DNA from: Amoebidium appalachense
Lineage: Eukaryota; Protista; Ichthyosporea
Assembly (NCBI GenBank): GCA_963693365.1
Contig: CAVNZM010000003.1
Span: forward strand, 7,497,312 to 7,561,311
Direction: 5' to 3'
Length of the DNA: 64,000 bases
The notes beneath the pieces were generated by a model that saw only the letters and a program-made list of their open reading frames with translations, did no database searches and was not told the DNA's origin. Positions 54,396 through 64,000 of the stretch are shown piece by piece. The position numbers were made by a program, and so were the translations under genes. Position 1 is the stretch's first letter; every line of letters begins with the position of its first letter.

Positions 54396-56337
54396 GGGGG
54401 GGGATAACAGGACGCCAACTGACCACCCGTCGTGACACAGCAACATGAGAAACCGTCGTTCAGCTATGCGGCGCTGATTATGATGGCCATAGACAGTACA
54501 GAGAACAAGCGGCTGACGCTAAACGGCATATACACATGGATCGAGTCCAATTTCCCATACTACAACGAGCAAGATGCAAGCTGGAAGGGTGTGTGTGTGT
54601 GTGTGTGTGTGTGTTTCTGTGAAAGGAGTGCATGGGGGGACATGGAGAGGGGGCAAGGGGTTGCCTTCTCTGAGTTGTCAATCTGATGAGAAAGGTATTG
54701 TTCCAGTTATATGTATATCTCAAAACGATCTCCGGGATCTGCTTTTCAGCAATGAGGGGAAGGTAACGCAGATCTACACGTCACCTAGGTGGTGGTAGGC
54801 GTAATGTGACAGTTAGGCTGTAGCTGACACGGAGAGGAAGTTCGAGGCTAAAAAATGAGCAACGAGCTTTGCTAGATGGGATGGTTTACGTGTGTATTTC
54901 TGGGTGTAGTTATGAGTTGCTGTATCATGACAAATTTTTCATAGGACATCTAAACCACGTTCATGGCTTTTTGGTCAAGGTGAGTGGAGACAGAGAGAGG
55001 GTGCGGTGCGGTAGTGAGATCTGTGCAAACACCAGTGCGCAAGGGAAAGTCAGGGATGGTGACGTATGGCAGTGATTTTCAGTGAAGAAATACAGATGCA
55101 AGAATATTCCTTGTAATGGGAAAGAAAATCAGGCAAACGGGTTCTAAGAGGCAAAAATTTTAATGAAAAGGCCGTGTGTGTGTGTGTGTGTGCGTGTGTG
55201 TTTTTTTTTTGTTGTTGTTGTTGTTTTGTTTTTTGTTTTTTGGGGGGGGGGGGGGGGGGGGGGGGGGGGCGAGGGGGGCTGGCATACTGCGATACTATCT
55301 CCTTATGGAGGGAGTGGGTGGTGGTGGAGAGGAGAATCCGTTGTTTTTTGTCTTGTTTCGTTTCGCTTTATTCGATTTCAAGAGGGGCCCGGAGAGGGAG
55401 GGGTGAGGAGACAAAAGAAAGTTCTGACACCTGTTCCTCATTCAACAACAGAACTCTATCCGCCACAACCTGTCCCTCAAGAAGTGCTTCGTTAAGGTTC
55501 CACGGCAGGAGAACGAACCGGGCAAGGGGGCCTTCTGGACGATAGACCTGAACCAGGTGGATGCCAAGGACCGCATCTTCCATAAAAGGAAATCTATCCC
55601 CACACCGTCGTCCACCTTAAACCTGCAACATTCCTTTTTGGGATCCCCATCCACACCAGCAGTGTTTGTTCCATCTCGCACCTCCACCGATGCCACATCC
55701 TCCCCCCCACGATATTCACTCTCGCTTCCGTTGACCATTCCATCACAGACAGACACTTCATTCAAACCATCAGTGGCAATGTCGCTTCCACATCCCTCAC
55801 CCCCATTCACCAACATGAGCGAGAGCAAACTGCAAGACAGTACTTTGAGCGAGTCGCGGAATCTTCTTTCGACGTCCGCCCCCGCCACGCGCAGCCCGTT
55901 GCTAGGCAGGCAGAGGAGTGCTGAGGATTATCCAATCAAAACGTCGGTGGTGGCCACACTGAATGAGGGGGCATGGGCACAGCCACAGGTTGGTGCTGCC
56001 CTTAATGCCAAAACACATACACAGACACACGTACATTTATTTGAACACGTGCTTGCACACATATACACACGTACATCCACCCATACATACCCACACAAGC
56101 AAGCATGAAAAAGCGTATTTCTACTTTTTGATTGTTTTCATGCTTACACATGCGCGCGCGCACACACAAAATGCACAGACACACTTGCACACACACAGAG
56201 AGACACGTAAATATTCATCCCGCACACATGGTCACACGCAAACACACACACACACACATACACACACGTGCCCGTGTAGACGCCCCGTCTTCGCACACAC
56301 TCATGCACACACACGTGCAGTATATACACTATATCTC

Positions 56338-56377
<40 letters not shown>

Positions 56378-56791
56378 AGAGAGAGCAAGGGGGAGAGAGA
56401 GAGGAGGGGGAGGGGGGGGGGTGGGGGGAGACAGAGAGAGGGAGAGAGTGAGAGAGAGAGAACTGATAAATATGCTTTCTGTTGTTCCCACACATGTTTA
56501 CGCACACACACACGCACGCACACAAACACAAGCAGTGCCGTAATTATAATGATAACATGTATATATTTGGTGGTGGGGGGGGGGGGGGGGGGGGGGGGGG
56601 GAGGGGGGGAGGGGGGGTCCCATTAATTTGCTTGGTTCACAAGGATAAGAAGGGTACGGTTGGAATCGGGGTTAGGGTGGGTGGGGTGAGGTGCCTCGGG
56701 CAGGGTAGACTAAGGGGTGTGTTCACACCCTCATACAGATAACAGGTTCCGTTTAAGCTAACCCAACCCCCCCCTCTCCCCCCTCCCCCCG

Positions 56792-56887
<96 letters not shown>

Positions 56888-57181
56888 CCGGACGATCTTC
56901 TTGTCAGCTTCTCTGCGGTCCAAACAGACTCGCTCGATCCGAATTGCGAAGCCCCCAGCGAGTATGTGCACATGGATCTATCCAGCGAGGTATTTGGCAC
57001 CCCCTTCGGGGGGGGACTTGATCCGCAGGATGCAGACATGTTCAATAGCCCCATGATGTTGGATGAATCCACGGGGGGTATTGATACTGCTTGCCGACTG
57101 CCTGCACGCGAGAGCGAGTTCCTGAAAGCTGATTGGTGGAACGAGATGGATTTGTGCTGGACAAGTGTCATGGCGCGGTAG
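53663..57181 (+). CDS. Forkhead (Fox) transcription factor, ~354 aa, 4 exons
   Basis: Exons 53663-53749, 54441-54587, 55452-55988, 56888-57181. Domain: [14 protein letters not shown]...[15 protein letters not shown]...WK|[18 protein letters not shown]...[10 protein letters not shown], followed by an S/P-rich linker and acidic tail. The exon-2 donor is off by 1 nt (see findings). Confidence 0.9.
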
Positions 57182-57947
57182 GTGCCTTATACTGGGTGGG
57201 TACTTATGTAGAGTTTATACTGTTGGTGATACAAGTCTCGATTGATACTATACAGGAAAAACGGTGTATGCCTTTCCTTATTTTCATTTTGTGTAGGGTT
57301 TTTCTTTTGTTCGCCAGTTCCATAACAAAGTGCACCGAATCTTACGATCGCTTTTTTTTGAGTTGTTTAATGTATAGACTATGTGTACAGTAATGTGAAC
57401 CAATGCATATTTCCTCTATACAGACCGTGATGCACGTTGTAGTTAGGTTTCGTTTTCTTTTTTCGCTTCGTGTACGTCTTTGGTTTCACCTGTATTTTTC
57501 TCGATCTGTACCGATGTCGTATGGTTTGTATAGCTTAGCCTCATTCTTCGTAATACCCCTCGTAGAAATTTTCGTTTTTTCCCCTCTTTTCATCCTCATT
57601 TTTATGCACTTTAACACGCGAGTCATGTCGAACACAAATTGGAGCAGCGGCACATCAGTGCACATATTTGCGCCCGAATGCATTAAACAGTACCCACCAT
57701 GCGTTCTGAGGAAGTATGAGCTATTGTATTTTGATTTGAATTTCCGTTATGAACCCCGCCTAACGATTTTGAAAATCTTCTTGGTCGGTTACTACTTCTT
57801 TGTTACTCTATTACATTCATAAGCCACACCCGAAGCCCCGCATGTACAAGTAGGAACCCTCCAACCCACCACGAATGATGATTGGATCGGACACATCGCT
57901 TACTATATTTGGTCGCCTGCATTCTATATTTGGTCGGCATCTAACCG

Positions 57948-58090
57948 AATAGTCACAACCAAAAAATTTAAAGTGGAATAGTGGATCCAATCAAACGGCT
58001 CACTTTTTTTAAAGTGGAATTGCGGATCCAATGGGCGTATTAGATTTGATTTTGTCCAATTCCCGGCCCAGTCCAGCGGTTGTGACTATT
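57948..58090. mobile_element. Putative MITE (~140 bp)
   Basis: 13-bp perfect inverted ends AATAGTCACAACC...GGTTGTGACTATT (readable as TA + 9-bp TIR), with an internal direct repeat TTTAAAGTGGAAT...GGATCCAAT x2. Confidence 0.5.
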
Positions 58091-58184
58091 TTGCCCTATG
58101 CTGTGCCGCTTAGCATTATATGAATCTGAGCCAATAACTAACGGCTGTTTGCCATTGCTAATAGCATTTCTCCGTTGCCATCCT

Positions 58185-58218
<34 letters not shown>

Positions 58219-58237
58219 TGAGTTGGGTTTCGTTAAC

Positions 58238-58391
58238 GAGGTGAATAGGTCAAAACTCGGGTACTGTGGATGACGTGGGCCCACCCTGAGGATGGGCTCT
58301 GCTTTTTATGCATACCCTTTATGTATGGCTTGCATTCTGCATTGTGTTATCCGTTTGTTCTTGTGTACTTCGTACTTTTTGACGCATTCAA
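58238..58391 (+). repeat. Dispersed ~150-bp repeat, copy 2 (intergenic)
   Basis: Near-identical to 14228-14375; flanked by poly-C runs. Confidence 0.9.
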
Positions 58392-59600
58392 CCCCCCCCC
58401 CCCCCCCCCCCCCCCCTTCCTATAGCGGAGTATATATGTGTGGTCCAATGCTGTCCAAATTGGTGCACTGTGCCGTCAGCTGCAGCATCCCGTACTGAGG
58501 CATCAAGTTAGCTGCCAGTTCGAAGATCTACAGCCCCTCCAGGGCTACCACACGCATACATATCGTGCATTCTCCCGAGTTCTGGACCATTCATATGATT
58601 GCTGTATTCCCCTCCCCCCCCCCCCCCCCCCCCCCCCCCCAAACAAATAAAAAAGGCTGTACGTACCACACACATATGCATGCCATCACACGTTGACCTG
58701 GCAGCCCTTGGCGCAATCGTGATGGTGGCACCTACTTGCGCACTGTGTACATACGCCATCGGAAAAATTATCACACAGATATCTCGTCACGTTTCTGAGG
58801 CCTGTTCTATGAAACCATGTGTGTGAATATGCAACCGTTTGGTAAAATATAATCCAACACAAACGCACTGCCAGTTTCTCAATGGGTGGCCAAGAAATTA
58901 ACTTTAACATTGTGGTATGTTTGAAATTTAAAATTTAAAAAGGAATTTTAGATTGGGTCTGGGAATATGACGGGATTTCGAAAACGATATTATCACAGTT
59001 TAATTTAATTTGGTAATAAGGGGATGATTAGTACTCGCGCATGCTCACATATCACAATGGCTTCAGCATATACAACTAATGTCCTACCAATAGATCTTGG
59101 TTATCTACATGTTTTATTTACTTTGAGATACCAGCCTCTGCTAGCAATGCATTTAGCACATAGCTTTAAAATTAAATCTAGCCTATCAAAGTGCAGAGAT
59201 TCAATAAAATCTGCTGCACTGCCACGGGTGGGGAAAAGGAAAGACAACCGTTTTCAAATTAAAATTTAAGCATATCCAAGAATATTGAGAGCGAGACTTT
59301 AAAGACCTGGGCACACACTGTGCCAATGACTTTAAATTTAAAATTAAGGTACCCAGTTCTATGCAAGATTCTACACACCAAATGACCGAAGTAGGATTAA
59401 TTCATACCCGTACGTGCATCAAACCCTACAATTTCACAACCGCTAAATCACCTGTCATAAACTTTAACTTAAAACGTGCACAAACCACCGCATGACCTTT
59501 AAATTGAACATGCGCACTACTATAAAAACTTAAGTCAAAACAAACGGACTTAGTAAAACTACTCACAATAGGCCAATCTTTAAATAGCCAACCGACCGCA

Positions 59601-63534
<3,934 letters not shown>

Positions 63535-64000
63535 CTGCACCACCCAAAAAATCAGCCATGGCACACTGAGGCAGTAATACTTCCTCACTCACAACCATAT
63601 GGATACAGTTACAGCAATCCACACATGAAGTTTTATGTCGGCATTCCACGCAAATTTTCATTGACACCATGTTACTAGTAGTGTCGGATTATCTGACACA
63701 CATACACAGATGTGTGTGTGTGTGTGTGTGTGGGCATGTGTGTGTATGTGTGTGTGTGTGTGACAATATATCGTAAAGAATTTCTAGTGATGTGCCTGCA
63801 TAGAAGTCACATAGAACCCCTAGTACCCGATCAGATGAAGCCAGATTACCGCCTGGACGCGCAGCGCTGGCCCGGGTTGACCGTAATCATTGTTAAAATT
63901 TCGGCCATTACGACACGACATGGTTGAATTGCAGAAAACCCACAGAAAAATACGCTGTCGTAGCCGCTTACACACACATCACGTTACTGTGTGTGGCTGA

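Noticed and set aside
58830-59600. AT-rich region with recurring TTTAAATTTAAAATT as a MITE
   Set aside because: No convincing terminal inverted repeats or TSD were found.

Overview
Eukaryotic genomic DNA, probably from a non-animal opisthokont such as an ichthyosporean (an inference from gene content, not proven). Almost all ORFs in the supplied track are artefacts of (CA)n/(GT)n/(CT)n and poly-G/C tracts. Reading splice sites by hand gives six spliced genes: a divergent lamin-like protein (-, 10 exons, ~514 aa), an ELO fatty-acid elongase (+), a GAF-RGS fusion protein (-), TMEM19/DUF92 (+), a forkhead transcription factor (+), and the 3' part of an Rds2/Ert1-like PAS-domain regulator (-). 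There is also one intronless secreted Cys-rich repeat gene with a 1-nt frameshift. A microsatellite-poor transposon block at ~25.7-37.1 kb holds an internally deleted Helitron, two LINE fragments and a young non-autonomous LTR element. The most striking system-level signal is intron architecture: CTRAC branch-point motifs are often followed by 60-300 nt AG-free simple-repeat tracts ((CA)n, poly-C, even poly-A) running up to the acceptor AG, and several donors open into (GT)n or G-runs. Other notable items are a perfect 42-bp hairpin, a poly-C-bracketed dispersed repeat that gave rise to a minisatellite, and an intronic exon-end duplicate with mostly synonymous divergence.
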